NCBI GenBank assembly: GCA_964016885.1
Contig: OZ024743.1
Location: 9,238,001 to 9,302,000, forward strand
Direction of reading: 5' to 3'
Length of the DNA stretch: 64,000 nt
Origin: Eledone cirrhosa
Taxonomy: Eukaryota
Shown here: one piece after another, positions 24,613 through 38,305 of the stretch
Layout: each line of letters begins with the position of its first letter
Numbering within the stretch: the stretch's first letter is position 1
Translations under genes and position numbers: made by a program
Notes under the pieces: model-generated
Seen by the model: only the letters and a program-made list of their open reading frames with translations
The model's database searches: none
What the model was told of the DNA's origin: nothing

Positions 24613-24930
24613 ATGAATGTAGTATGTACATGTGTGCGTGCATGTTTATGAAACATGTAAGTGCGTGTTTTCAGACAATCTTACCCATCTCCTTATTTGG
24701 ACATACCGTACATGAGCCTATGTAAGAGCATGTGCGCAAACAACTACACCACTTCCCTCCCCATGGGGACATGCATGGACCTGTGTGTGCGAATATGTCA
24801 CGGTGTAAAGATGTGCATGTGTGTAGTTATATATGTATATATATATATATATAACAAAGGAATTGTGGTAAGGAACCAGATGGACCATAACGCACCAGAG
24901 TACTCACTACTTAGGGTAGTAGAGTGGGAA

Positions 24931-25031
24931 ATAGGAAAAAGTATGACCCCGACGGCAGACCTCAAGCCGTTTCGACGGTCTAGAAATAGCCGTCGAAACG
25001 GCTTGAGCTCTGCCGTCGGGGTCATACTTTT

Positions 25032-25037
<6 letters not shown>
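24931..25037. repeat. Near-perfect hairpin, probable inverted PLE terminus
   Basis: ~48-bp arms around tctagaaatag; the right arm starts ccgtc-GAAAC. Confidence 0.8.
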
Positions 25038-25075
<38 letters not shown>

Positions 25076-25106
25076 CGTAAAATAAGAAAATTATAAAATT
25101 AACTTA

Positions 25107-25143
<37 letters not shown>

Positions 25144-25369
25144 GTAATTTCGATTCGAATATTAATAATAATATTCGATTCGTTTGCAATTATGCAAACA
25201 GCCGCTTTAAAACCATGTCAATAGAATTACCACATCACTCTTGCTCTTGGGTTGGCATGTAAACAGAATTGCAGACACTATACAGTATACTGCTTACCTG
25301 CCAACTGTCAAAGCTTGTGAAAATATATAATATATCATAGAATATATATTGACGGATAAACTATTTGTT

Positions 25370-25430
<61 letters not shown>

Positions 25431-25433
<3 letters not shown>

Positions 25434-25761
25434 AAAAAAGATGAAATTGAAAATGCAACTCGAGTCTTTTTAAAAAGAAATATATTTATTTGGTTCCTTT
25501 ACCCGTTTCGCAGTTCTTGCGCTTTTCAAAAGTAGAAATGAGATGGAGGGTTTGTGTTTTTTCTCACATGTGAGAAAAACCACAAACCCTCCATCTCAAT
25601 TCTACTCTTGAAAAGCACAAGAACTGCGAAACGGGTAAAGGAACCAAATAAATATATAAAAAAAAAAATACTCCAGTTGCATTTTTGATTTCATCTTCTT
25701 TCCTTATACTTTCCCTAGTGTAGGACACCTCGTTTTTTTTCATTTTGTAAAAACACCTCAC

Positions 25762-25770
<9 letters not shown>
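25431..25770. mobile_element. Head-to-head pair of solo 3' modules of the Neptune-like PLE family (HHR-bearing)
   Basis: Both arms match 55740-55950, with a palindromic centre ttctcacatgtgagaa. Flanked by (TA)n. Confidence 0.85.
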
Positions 25771-25805
<35 letters not shown>

Positions 25806-25844
25806 GAGGAGGTTATAGTTCACTTGAAGCATTGTGTAATGAGG

Positions 25845-26214
25845 TATAAACGTTTGAATATGTGTAATAAAGCCAAAACAATGCAGGTATGGACATAGAA
25901 AAAAGAATGCAATTGTAAAAGATATTGTTGACAATTCGTCCTTTACCTTGAATTTATTTAAATGTCCTTAATTTTCGAGATAATATCTCTTCTTCGGAGG
26001 GAAATAAAGGTCTCAAACCAGCGCTTTAAATATCATTTAAAGCGCTGGTTTGAGACCTTTATTTCCCTCCGAAGAAGAGATATTATCTCGAAAATTAAGG
26101 ACATTTAAATAAATTCAAGGTAAAGGACGAATTGTCAACAATATCTTTTACAATTCCATTCTTTTTTCTATGTCCATACCTGCATTGTTTTGGCTTTATT
26201 ACACATATCCAAAC

Positions 26215-26221
<7 letters not shown>
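25845..26221. repeat. ~187-bp-arm palindrome with a 3-nt spacer carrying an HHR-like motif
   Basis: Centre tttaaat-atc-atttaaa; about 2 mismatches seen. cct-CCGAAGA-agagat att atctc-GAAA-AT-TA-agg at 26066-26100. Confidence 0.85.
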
Positions 26222-26273
<52 letters not shown>

Positions 26274-26277
<4 letters not shown>

Positions 26278-26359
26278 AGAAAAACCACAGACCCTCCATC
26301 TCAACTCTACTTTTGAAAAGCAGAAGAACTGCGAAATCGGTAAAGGAATCAAATAAATA

Positions 26360-26390
<31 letters not shown>

Positions 26391-26488
26391 TAAGACTCCA
26401 GTTGCATTTTCGATTTCATCTTTTTTCTTTATACTTTCACTCGTGTAGGAGACCTCGGTTATTTTTCATTTTGTAAAAATAACCTCAC

Positions 26489-26496
<8 letters not shown>
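26274..26496 (+). mobile_element. Solo 3' module of the Neptune-like PLE family
   Basis: Matches 55740-55950 including the TTGAAAA..GAAA HHR core; sits between (TA)n runs. Confidence 0.85.
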
Positions 26497-26556
<60 letters not shown>

Positions 26557-26559
<3 letters not shown>

Positions 26560-27224
26560 CAAACGAGCAACGATGGTTGCTGGACATTACAGGTTAATAC
26601 GGGATGTTTGTTTACAAACACACCGAGCATTATAATAAATGTTCGGTGAATCCATACGTACATATATATATGTGTGCATGTATGTATATATATATACATA
26701 CTACTGTACGTCTGTATACATATATGTCTATACATGTACATACTTATATTTAAGTAACAGCCGTACTAAGAGTGGGAAATGAAATTTCGTTTCATTTTTT
26801 CCGTTTATCGTTTTCGGTGCACCCGGCCGATTAACCCACTCGATATGCAAATTGGGCTACTCAGCCGTTAATATGCATAAGGTAAGTATATACGTTCAAC
26901 AATCTGGCAGGAAGGTATACGTTGATGACGATAGCTAATAAGCTTGAAAGCTTGAAACTAGTACAGCGTTCCTTTATCAGTGTTGAACAAACGAGCAACG
27001 ATGGTTGCTGGACACTACGGCTTAATATGGGATGTTTGTTTACAAACACACCCAGCATTATAATAAATGTTCGGTGAATCCATACGTACATATATATATG
27101 TATATATATATACATACTACTGTACGTCTGTATACATATATGTATGTACGTGTACATACTTATATTTAAGTAACAGCCGTACTAAGAGTGGGAAATGAAA
27201 TTTCGTTTCATTTTTTTTCCGTTT

Positions 27225-27226
<2 letters not shown>
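26557..27226 (+). mobile_element. Mini-element 'alpha', ~1.55 head-to-tail units (428-bp period)
   Basis: gaacaaacgagcaacgatgg occurs at 26557 and 26985. HHR at 26919-26969; (TA)n on both sides. Confidence 0.85.
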
Positions 27227-27312
<86 letters not shown>

Positions 27313-27529
27313 TATATAATGAAATATTTACTTCTGCGTCGACATATTGATTTTTTTTTTAGTTTCAGAAGATCCCGCTAAGGATGAAAGCAGCGATTCT
27401 TTGCTTAAGCTTTAATCTGTTATTTTAATAAATATTTGCTCTATGGTTTTTAAAATATATTTTTATATATATATATTATCCTTATCGAGCTCTCTTCGGA
27501 TTTTAGTCTTCACATTTATTATTATTAGT

Positions 27530-27690
27530 GGATTGGCAGTATCGGTAGTGAGCTTTCCACCATAGTTACGTCCCTTAACGATCTGAGGTTGACTTTGCCT
27601 TTCATCCTTACGGGGTCGATAAAATAAAGTACCAGTAATGCACTGGGTAATTTCTGGTCTTGTGCCAAAAAGTAGAAACAATTATTATTA
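27530..27690 (+). mobile_element. SINE family A (internally deleted)
   Basis: Matches the 10030-10212 copy. Confidence 0.85.
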
Positions 27691-29006
27691 GTATATATAT
27701 ATATACATAAAGATGTATATGTATATTTCCTCACACGACTGTACATGTATGCACACTTGCGGGTAGGTGAATGCGGGTGTGCGGATGTGTGGATGTTTGT
27801 ATGTGCACGGGTATATATGTATGCATATACATTCCTGTTTGTGTATACTTTACTCACTCTTTTCACCTATTCTTTTATTTGTGTATTCTCATGCAAAACC
27901 TTCTATAACTACCCAGTATACTGTTATGCCTGCTTCTATGTATGCAGTATGCATATATATATATATATAGCATATATACTTCCCCACTGGTTACCAACCC
28001 ATATAATCCACTCGACTTATTTTTAACCCCCTATATTTACCTGATCTTATTTATTCCTATTTACTATTATTTTATTTAATAATCGGTTAATTTACTTCTA
28101 TATAACCCACATTTTATTGTTAATTCTTCACTTTAAAATACCCTTTCAGCCAATAAGCCCCATTTATAAATATCCCTGCACCCCCACCCTCTTGTTCTAA
28201 AACCATTATGCACCTTCTATTCCACTCCTACACCACCAACCACCTCCACCCACCCATACTACATCCTTCTCCTGATCCCTTGCATGTCTGGATAAATCTA
28301 CCACTGTCTGTCTCCCACACTTCTTCCATTTGACCAGTTTGCTACTATGAGAAACTAAACCGAAGCACTACTAAGATTAGTGACCTATTTTTTCACACCC
28401 TACAAATATAACTACACCATTGAAAAGACTTGGCGCCGCGGTCGGGATTTTACATCTTTCTCTCTTTCTCTCTCTCTATATATACAGTACCTGTATACGT
28501 GTGTGATCACGTTTGCGTTGTGCATGTATTCCAATGTTTATAGTCAATAGTATTTCCAAACTTTAGTCAAACAATTTGTATAAATCATAAGACGCAAAGC
28601 ATTCAGAGAAAAAATTAATACCTTTGTGTTTTTATCTAAGACATATTTCTGAATAATACTCTGACGTGTGAGAATACAGAGTCTTTCATTAATTATGTAC
28701 ACTTATCTGACAGGGTCATTATTTTTTTATAACTTTATTTGAACGTCTTTTTCTTATTCATTACTAAGAAACCTAACAGGTGATTTGTTCGTTCTAATGT
28801 CAATCTACTTGATGTTGTAAAAATCAGTTTTTTTTTAAAATTGTCAGACGAATTACACACACACTCTGCGCATATTTATTCTTTTATCATATAATTACTC
28901 CACATCTATATCTGCAATTTGAATAAATTTCCTCATCGCTACACACACACACATACACACACATACACACACATATATATATATATATATATACATACAT
29001 ATATAT

Positions 29007-29110
<104 letters not shown>

Positions 29111-29174
29111 TTATATATACATATATATATATATATGTATATATAAATGTATATATACATATATATATATATGT

Positions 29175-29228
<54 letters not shown>

Positions 29229-29269
29229 AACTCGCATATTACCGAGTCTTCATATGGCAGATAGAAGAA

Positions 29270-31420
29270 CGACCCTCAAATATAAAGGTTAGACGTGAAT
29301 ATATTAAATAAGCAATCCTGGACCAAATCACAGGACGATCTTTGGCAGCCATATGTGCGGGACTATGATGTCAAGATCGATTTGGAAAGTAGAAATGGGG
29401 ATTGTGCTGAAAAGTGAACACCAATAAACAGTTGTCTCAGTTTTCAGTGGTTGTTCGCCTAGCGGAGGAACTGATGATCAGGCCAACGGTAGGGGATCTC
29501 TACCTACACTGTGGGGTACTATACCTTTGAGAATCCTGGTAAGTCATCACAGTATTTTAACTCGTAGAAAACATGAGTGGTAGGTACTCCATGGTTAGAG
29601 CCCGTGAGTTTCTGTCCCTGTATGGTCCTGATGAAGCCTCCACTTCTCCCTTTAAAGACAATGTTCTAAATCATACTGGACAAGCATTCTCCCATGTCAG
29701 AGCCAAGAGGGGAGAATCTCGACCAGAGACCATACAACTTCGGCTCTCATAAGGAGCTCCACAAGCATGTCAACACCTATAACATTCGATTGTATATGTT
29801 CAAGAACACCGATTTATCCATGAAGTAAACGATATAAACATAATCAGCCATAACATCTGCAAGAGCACTCTGTTTAGTGCATCAGTATAAAATAAAATGA
29901 CATCGGTGTTGTAATTGGGGTAGTTGGTTTGACAGTAGAAACATACACCCTTCTACTTACAAATGTAAATCACAAAGGTATTGTCACAGCAGTATTCAAG
30001 GGAAATTCCCAAACGTTTGTTATAAGCTGCTATTCACCCCATGGAAGAGGAAAAGAACAGGTTTAGATCAACTGTGTGCCACTGTTTCTGAAGTATCCCC
30101 ACATGCCATAGTAATTATTGGAGGAGACTTCAACGAGCAAATCAGTCAACATTTCATACCACCATAGTACTAACAGAAGCGGCATATTTCTGGAAGAGTT
30201 TCTCTATCAACATAATCTCCTAACCGGCAATACCACTTTCCAGAAACCGAAACCGAAATTGTTGATTTGGAGACACCCAGCTGGGTATCTTTCCCAAATT
30301 GGTTTCATCATTTAAGGAAACAATGGAGAAACAGCATTCATGATTGTCAGGCATATACTTCCTCGGCGGTCGTAGGGAGAGATCATAACAACATTACGGT
30401 CAAAGCTAAACAGCCTTCACTCAAACAGGAGAAACCATAAAAAACAGCTAGCTTTACTGGAGGGCGCTAGGGGAAGATATCAACCTTGCAAGAACAATTG
30501 ACGATTCACATGCTGATACATTTTAATCCTTGCCAGCTGAAGAAAAAATTTGTACTTCATTTGTATGCATCTGTAATGAAGTCGGTAAGAAAATCCTACT
30601 ATGATACCCCCATCAAGTCACATTCACTGTGGAAAGTGCAACAATTGCTACAGTCAGAAGCGACACCATCAAATCTACAGTTTCAGATGTACAACATGCA
30701 CCAACTATAGAGGCATTATTCTTACACAAATAGCAGCAATGGCTTAATATAGGATGATCCTAAATAGGATCAGATCATGAATCGACAACATTCTACGTTA
30801 CACCAAAATGGATTTCTGCCATTTCCTCTGGCCCATTTCCTTTTTGTGATATGCCTTGATAATGTACTGCGTAATGCCTTTGCCCTATCAGACGGAATAA
30901 TTCTGAAAGGTCGACATTGTACCCAACATCCGGAGCTTGTTCTACTGAAATGGCTTACGCAGATGACATAGCTCACCTGTAAAACACCTGCAAAGAATCT
31001 GCATACACCAGGCGTTTTGAAAATCAAGAAAGTGGCAGTTTTACGAACACATAGCACAATATAGACACCAGGATAGTCAAGGCTTGGGGGGCTCTCAGCT
31101 CCCTATCAAAGGCATGGCTATCTCTAATCAAGAAAACTACGAAAATGAAGCTATTCAAAACAACGGGTGAGTCCATTCATGGACACTAACAAAATCACTC
31201 ACAAAGAGTGAATGGTGAGAAAGGGCCTGATGGCAGAGTTCCTTTCTGGAAATTTGATGTGTGCAGACGAGTTGGGAAAACAACTACCATGCTGAAGGAT
31301 ATTCTTGAAGCTGACACCTGGCTGGAAGTAGGTGAAATTTAGACGGCAATGATGAACAGGGTGACTTGGAGAAGAAACTTCATCATGGCACCGGTAACGG
31401 ATGTATAACAGTAACAGAAT
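29270..31420 (+). mobile_element. Decayed, internally deleted RTE-clade LINE (APE and RT fragments)
   Basis: SCYSP; VIIGGDFN; NRSGIFLEEFL.QHNLLTGNTTFQKPKPKL.IWRHP.G..SQI; LAHFLFVICLDNVLR; YADDI at ~30956; DTRIVKAWGAL..LSKAW; (AACAGT)-type tail. Confidence 0.85.
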
Positions 31421-31494
31421 ACATAAATACATACATGCACACACACACATATATATATGGGTATATATATATATATGTATATGTATATATATAA

Positions 31495-31536
<42 letters not shown>

Positions 31537-32702
31537 TCACACACACGCACACACACACACATACACACACACACACACACACACATACACACACACAAAT
31601 ATATATATATATATATATATATATTCCGTATATAGACTCTTTATACTTTTATTTCATATGACTTATTCAATTAAGAATATTAGATTATTTCCTGCAAAAT
31701 TGAAAACTTACTCCGTTGCTACGTTTGACATGACCACCTGACCAGCGGATATATTTAACGGACTTTACTCTATTACAAAGATTTGAACAAAGAATTCGCT
31801 TTGAGAACAAATAGTAATTGCTTTGATAATCTCCTTTGATCAAAGTTTTTAAACACACTATTATGATGAGTTATCTGTCGATTTCTTCGATGAGCACTCA
31901 GTGTTCGAGCAATTGAACGTCCAACTCGTGAATTACGGCGCAAAGAATTGAATAGTCTACAGAAACGTGTACCTTTAATACAATAACAAAGCCGAATCAG
32001 TGTAACAATATTTGTAGGATAAATTTATTCCTTCAACCACTACTTCCACTGATGTTAAAAGCAACCATCCATTTCTGGGAATAAGTTAATGGTTCAATCA
32101 TGGATTTATCATAGCTGCTTACAAGAATAGTGACTTTGTTCCTCTCTGATAATTACTCAGCTTCACTAATATTAAGTCTATTGTTAACACCTTTCATACC
32201 CCAGAGAAGATATAATTCGCTGGTGTAGTAACGGTGTACGCATTAGAACACATTTGTTTGTACGTTCAATATAACAGATTTCTTTCGCAACAGGACTTTA
32301 TTTAGTTTATTGTCAAGAACCCCTCCTTCAATAAGATACCAGCATCATCAGGAACGTCTTCATAGTTACTCTGCCAGCATCATCCGAGCCATTACCATTC
32401 CTTAAACGACTTTTGCTCTTTTACTGCCGTAAAGAATGTCACCTTCAACATAACCAGCATCAACACCGGATTTACCATAATTTGCAGCATCACTTCTTTG
32501 TATGCACTTGACATTTAAACATAGAAACATTTTTTAAAGAACCTATGAAAATAGAGTGAAGTCTTCGTATATATCTTTTATATTAGTCTTTTTCCAGCAA
32601 GGTGTGCTCTTTAAGCATCTTACTAAAGTTATTAAATAAATGATAAGAAAGGAATATGGCAGGAGGGCCAATAAACTAAACATACTTGATCTTATAAAAC
32701 TA

Positions 32703-33017
32703 ATAATTGTTTCTACTTTTGGCACAAAGCCAGCAATTACCCAGTACATTACTGGTACTTTATTTTATCGACCCCGTAAGGATGAAAGGCAAAGTTAACC
32801 TCGGCGAGATTTGAACTCAGATCGTAAAGGGACATAACTACGCTGGAAAGCATGTCTGACCCTCTACTAATACTGCCAATTCACCGCCCTGATAAAACTA
32901 ATAATTGTTTCTACTTTTGGCACAAGGCCAGCAATTACCCAGTGTATTACTGGTACTTTATTTTATCAACCCCATAAGGATGAAAGGCAAAGTTAACCTC
33001 GGCGGGATTTGAACTAA
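32703..33017 (-). mobile_element. SINE family A full copy plus partial tandem copy
   Basis: Reverse complement of the family consensus; the flank ataaaactaataattg is duplicated. Confidence 0.9.
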
Positions 33018-34459
33018 TAATGTTACAAAACAAAATTATTTCATTATGACTAGCTTTCTACGCGACACACACATACAAGAACACGCATAGACACGTTTAC
33101 ACAAACACGCATGCATACTCATATACATGTACATGTGGTGGGATTAAACTTTTTTAGTAGATGTCAGGTATTCAATTTCAATGTACCATGAAGAAAATTA
33201 ATGCTGGCGATATGAGCTAAGGTTTTTTAGTAATAGAACATTAAGTATTCACGAGGAGTACATATATGTTCACATTAGTGTACAAATGCATATATACTTT
33301 TATTTTCACATTTTAGTGAGGATATATACCAGAGGAGTTACACAATCAGATAGAGCACTACATAAACAACGTCTTATAGATAGAGTATAGACGAAAATGT
33401 TGGTGTAAAAATTGTAAACATGGAAAGAGTGCAGACCTGATGTATTAAGTCATGCTTATATATTATCCTTTTAATTTCATGGAATTAACTTTGAAAGGAG
33501 ATACGGTTGTAAGGATACTGACGCAATAAAAGGATATTGCTGCACTAAAATGATTTTGCTGCAATAAAGTGGCATTGTTGCCATAAAAGTGATATCGTCT
33601 TGTATTTGCTGATACCAATATCATAAAAATGGCATTACGGTAGAAAATAACATTACTGTAATAAAATACTGGTAACGCTTTTCAGTAATTATGGTGGCAG
33701 TAAAATATTGATTGAGGCACTGATAAAGCTTTGGAGAGATATTAGCTATGGATCTAATGGACAAAAAGGCTTTCAATGTGGTTATTAGTTATTTTATGAA
33801 GGCTTTAATGAAACAGGTGGATATTTGGATATTTTATATTCGTAGCTCGGAAACAGAGTAAATGTTCAGATGAAATTAGAGACTATGATTGGAAATTCAT
33901 TCTCTTTTCTGCATAGAAAGGCAAACCTTCTGAATGAGATTCAGAAATATATTTTAGCTATCATGCCAGTCATAATGAATTCTTACCAAAGCACAAAACA
34001 ATATAATATATAGATAAACGAGAATTGTAGATTAATTCTATCATAATATATCACGGGTACTTGGTCTACAGTCTCTTGAAAGAATGGCCGACATGATTTT
34101 AGTAAACCATTCGTTTTGTGTAGTATTTACAATTAACATAACTAGTTTGAACCTCTCTTTCATATGGTAACGTTTCGAAGTAATAATCGTTTCTAATAGA
34201 AGAATTTGGTGTGAGAGGAATAGTCGATTAGTTAATGAAAAATGAAAAGAAAAAGAAATTTACAGCGTACTATGCAGGCCCTGTAGGCTTCCGATGTGGT
34301 ATGTCTTATGTGGCTTCCCGCGTGGTTTACCGATAAGGGCCTCTGCTTTACCACGAAAGGCAGCGTAAAAGGAAATATTTTGCTCAAGAACATACTGTGC
34401 CATGCAGTCAAGGAATCGAACCCACAACTACCAGTTCAAACTCCTTCACTGATTATATT

Positions 34460-34820
34460 GAACCTAGTACTTTACTGGTATTTTATTGTCCCGACCTCAC
34501 TCAGAAAAAGGCAAATTCGACCTCAGTGGTATTCGAACTCAGAACGTGAACAGCTGGACTAAATACCGCAAGGAATTTTGTGCGACGCTCTAACAATTCT
34601 GTCTATTATGATCAACTCATTAGTGGTTTCTAATTCAGGCATAGGTCTATCAATTTCGAAGGGAGGGAAAGTATATAATATCGACCTCAGTACTTAACTG
34701 GTACTTTATTTTATCGACCTAGGAAGCATGGAAGACAGTGTTTATATTGACAAGATTCGAAGTCAAGGGGAACAAATACCGCACGACATTTTGTCTGATG
34801 CTTTAAAAGATTCTAACAAT
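34460..34820 (-). mobile_element. Two older SINE family A-related copies
   Basis: Motifs ctggtactttattttatcgacc and cgaactcagaacgt..aataccgca. Confidence 0.6.
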
Positions 34821-35617
34821 CCACTCATCAAGGTAACAATAATATGACATAAAGTATGCTATATTTAGCTCTTTAATATTTCGCATGACGAATTAGGTCT
34901 TTAAGTGATTAAATAACAATAAGGAAATACATTTGTAGATGTTTTTCCTCCAATTTGATAACTGCCAAATGAAACACCACCCTTCAGGTTGTTTACGCCT
35001 ACTTTCTGTAAAACACATATGTACTGTATATTGACTCGTTTTTTTAATATTTTGTATATATATATATTACTACAGTTTAGAAGATGTCCTTCCTTAATTA
35101 AAAAAATTAAGGAAATATGTTCGCTATTTCTAGCAGATTTAGCGCACACAGATTTTGTGTCTCCTTGACTCGATAGTAAAATTTGTTGTTGCTGTTATTG
35201 TTTAGCTTCAAATCATCCCTGATTGAAGAAACCTATGGTAAAAGACATTGCAGTTGAGACTATTCTGTCTTTGTGTGAATCAGGAACTACATTATTCAAT
35301 ATATCTTTCATTAAAGATTGTTGGGTATGATTTGTGAAGAGAAGGGGTGTATTTTGCTGCTATTTCCAGCAAGTCAAGTAAACGTAGACGTTTTCTTGTT
35401 GAACTCACAGACATATATATATTGATGTCACCTTACTACTTAATCGGCGATACAGCGATAAGTCATTCTCTCTCATTCTCTTTCTTACACGCCCTGTTCA
35501 TTGCTTCAGACATGGTCTGGCAAGGAGCAATGTGAGTTATGAGTTACTTAGGCTTGATATGTGGTGAGAGGATGGACTTAAGAGTGAGTTCTGGTATACC
35601 CACACACACACAGACAT

Positions 35618-35685
<68 letters not shown>

Positions 35686-35795
35686 ACATATATATATATA
35701 TGTATATATACATATATACATACACACACACACATATATATATATGTATATATACATATATACATACCCACACACACACAAACATGCACACAAAC

Positions 35796-35873
<78 letters not shown>

Positions 35874-35948
35874 GTATATATACATATATACATACACACA
35901 CACACATATACATACACCCTCATATATATATTTACATTTACATTAGCG

Positions 35949-36270
35949 TCATTATAATAATTGTTTCTACTTTTGGCACAAGGCCAGCAATTACCGAAGT
36001 GCATTACTGGTACTTTAGTGTCATTATAATAATTGTTTCTACTTTTGGCACAAGGCCAGCAATTACCGAAGTGCATTACTGGTACTTTAGTCTCATTATA
36101 ATAATTGTTTCTACTTTTGGCACAAGGCCAGCAATTATCCCACTGGTACTTTATTTTATCGACCCCGTAAGGATGAAAGGCAAAGTTAACCTCGCATCAT
36201 TATAATAAAGTACCAGTAATGTACTGGGTAATTGCTGGCCTTGTGCCTAAAGTAGAAACAATTATAATAA
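35949..36270. mobile_element. Rearranged SINE A tail: ~71-bp unit x3 on the minus strand plus an inverted tail
   Basis: tcattataataattgtttctacttttggcacaaggccagcaatta repeated three times; reverse-complement tail at 36205-36272. Confidence 0.85.
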
Positions 36271-38305
36271 TGATGTATTTTGTTGTATAGACATATATAC
36301 GTTATCATCATTGTAATATATTGCATCATATCGTTAAGAAAAGTAATATTTATATTAGTTAATTACTTTATGTTTTCATTACATCATGTAACTATATATG
36401 TCATAATCACATTATTTGTTATTACGTAACTCAGTTGTTTACAGGAAATTTGTGTACTCAAACTATACACCGTGGCATTGATAATTGTTGTCTTTCCTAC
36501 TTTCAGAAAGAAAGAAAAAATGAATATTGTTGAGATATTTAGATTTGCAAGAATAATTATGCTATTTCTTTGTTAGAATTTACTGTCATTCTGAAATACA
36601 GTATTCGATTTACTGTCAATTTGTGTCTACAATATTTTGTTTTACAGATGTATTATATAAAAAGTATATTTTTTGACGCACCATTATATCGTATTTATCA
36701 GAAATACTTCTTTGTAATGATTTCTGCCTTTTAAAGTAGTGAACTAAACAGTATAGAGTTAATCAATGATGCTGCACTAGAACACCACAGTATACTACAA
36801 TACGAGATATTTCATTCCTGAACGAATAACTTGAGTTCTCTTCAGTTGTTCTATTGAAAAACAAAGTTGAACAGGTCAGAATGACATTTTCTAAATCATC
36901 CAAGAGAGACACGGATTAAAGAAATGAATTATGAATGTCAATTGAAACTTCTCATTCAAACTTTAGATTTTAGAAGAATTTAATTCGCATACTATAGTGG
37001 TTTTAGAAAGGGGAAGAGGAGAAATATTGTTGCTTTTAGATCTCCCTAGATAAAGAATGGAATAATTGAATACAAATTAGGTCAATCGAATTAAGGCAGT
37101 AGGAGTACGCTTTAAAGGAACATTTTAGTTTTATTCGTACTTTGTCTCAACTCAGGTCGACCTAGTTTTTTTTTTACCCCGATGGAATTGATAAAATAAA
37201 TTCTAGTAATATATTGAAATTGAATTAATTAACTGTATATTGGTTTGTGATCTTTGTGCAGTATAAACAACTAACTAAATAAAATAAATATTGGAATAAT
37301 ATTTATATTTTTTCTGCTGGGAATCATGATGATTAATGAATGCATAAAATTTAAGTTGTTCTATGTATGGCGTCCGAAAAACATGGAGAAGGAAAGGTTA
37401 TCTGAAAGCAGTCTTCGGGAGATAATTCGATACATTTATATAATAACAGAATATAGAAATAGTTGCCCAAGATTTAGGTCATCGCTTGCTAAAGCTATTA
37501 TCGTATTCTATATTTTTCTGTCCAAACTTGCTTTCTTTTTATTTCTAAATTTGAACATCAATTATTTTCTTTATTGGCATGCGGGATACAAGTACAATAC
37601 TCTGCTTCTAGAATCGTTTTCAACATCCATATTTGATATCGACATTTTTTTTTCAAAATCAAATCTAAGCACAGGCACTTAGTAATTATATCAAATGAAA
37701 TTTATATATTGTTTTAGAGTTCGTCTATCAGAATAATGGTGGTTGCTTAACTGGTAGTTGATAACTCAGTCCTAATGTAATACAAATATCTAATCTAAAG
37801 CATCTAAACGTAGAATGGTACATGCAGTTAATGCCCAAAGAAATAGAACATTTGAGAACAAAATGCGAAATTATGAATATGGGTTTCACCTCAGATACAA
37901 AAATGACATGAGAAGATACTTTTTAATATAAATTAATAATTATTTAATAAGATTGACATAACTAGTCGAAACCGGTAACATTTGATCAAACTTAAATTCA
38001 TTTAATGTAATAAATATAAAAATAATTATTTTGTCGGATCAAAGAAAAAAAGAAAAGAGTATCTATAAATATACTTCAGTGTTTTTCTATTTTTACTTGT
38101 TACCTATAATCTTCGATTTATATGGAACTTTACCCCCTTTTTAATTAAGAATAATATATATGTACTCGAAGTAGCTGCTACATAACTAGAGCATTATGGC
38201 CATGATAATCAAGCACAAACGTTGTGTATTGCTGAAAATCAGATGCCAGGTGAAAACAAGTGCAGCAGTTTTGAATAAACTATATACGCACTCAAAATAT
38301 GAATC

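Noticed and set aside
31740-32540. Possible decayed DNA-transposon coding sequence (also 22400-22750)
   Set aside because: The composition looks coding-like, but I could not identify catalytic motifs or termini.
37940-37982. HHR-like GAAA-CCGG-TA motif
   Set aside because: The upstream core reads TTAATAA (G5 lost) and stem I is poor; a relic at best.
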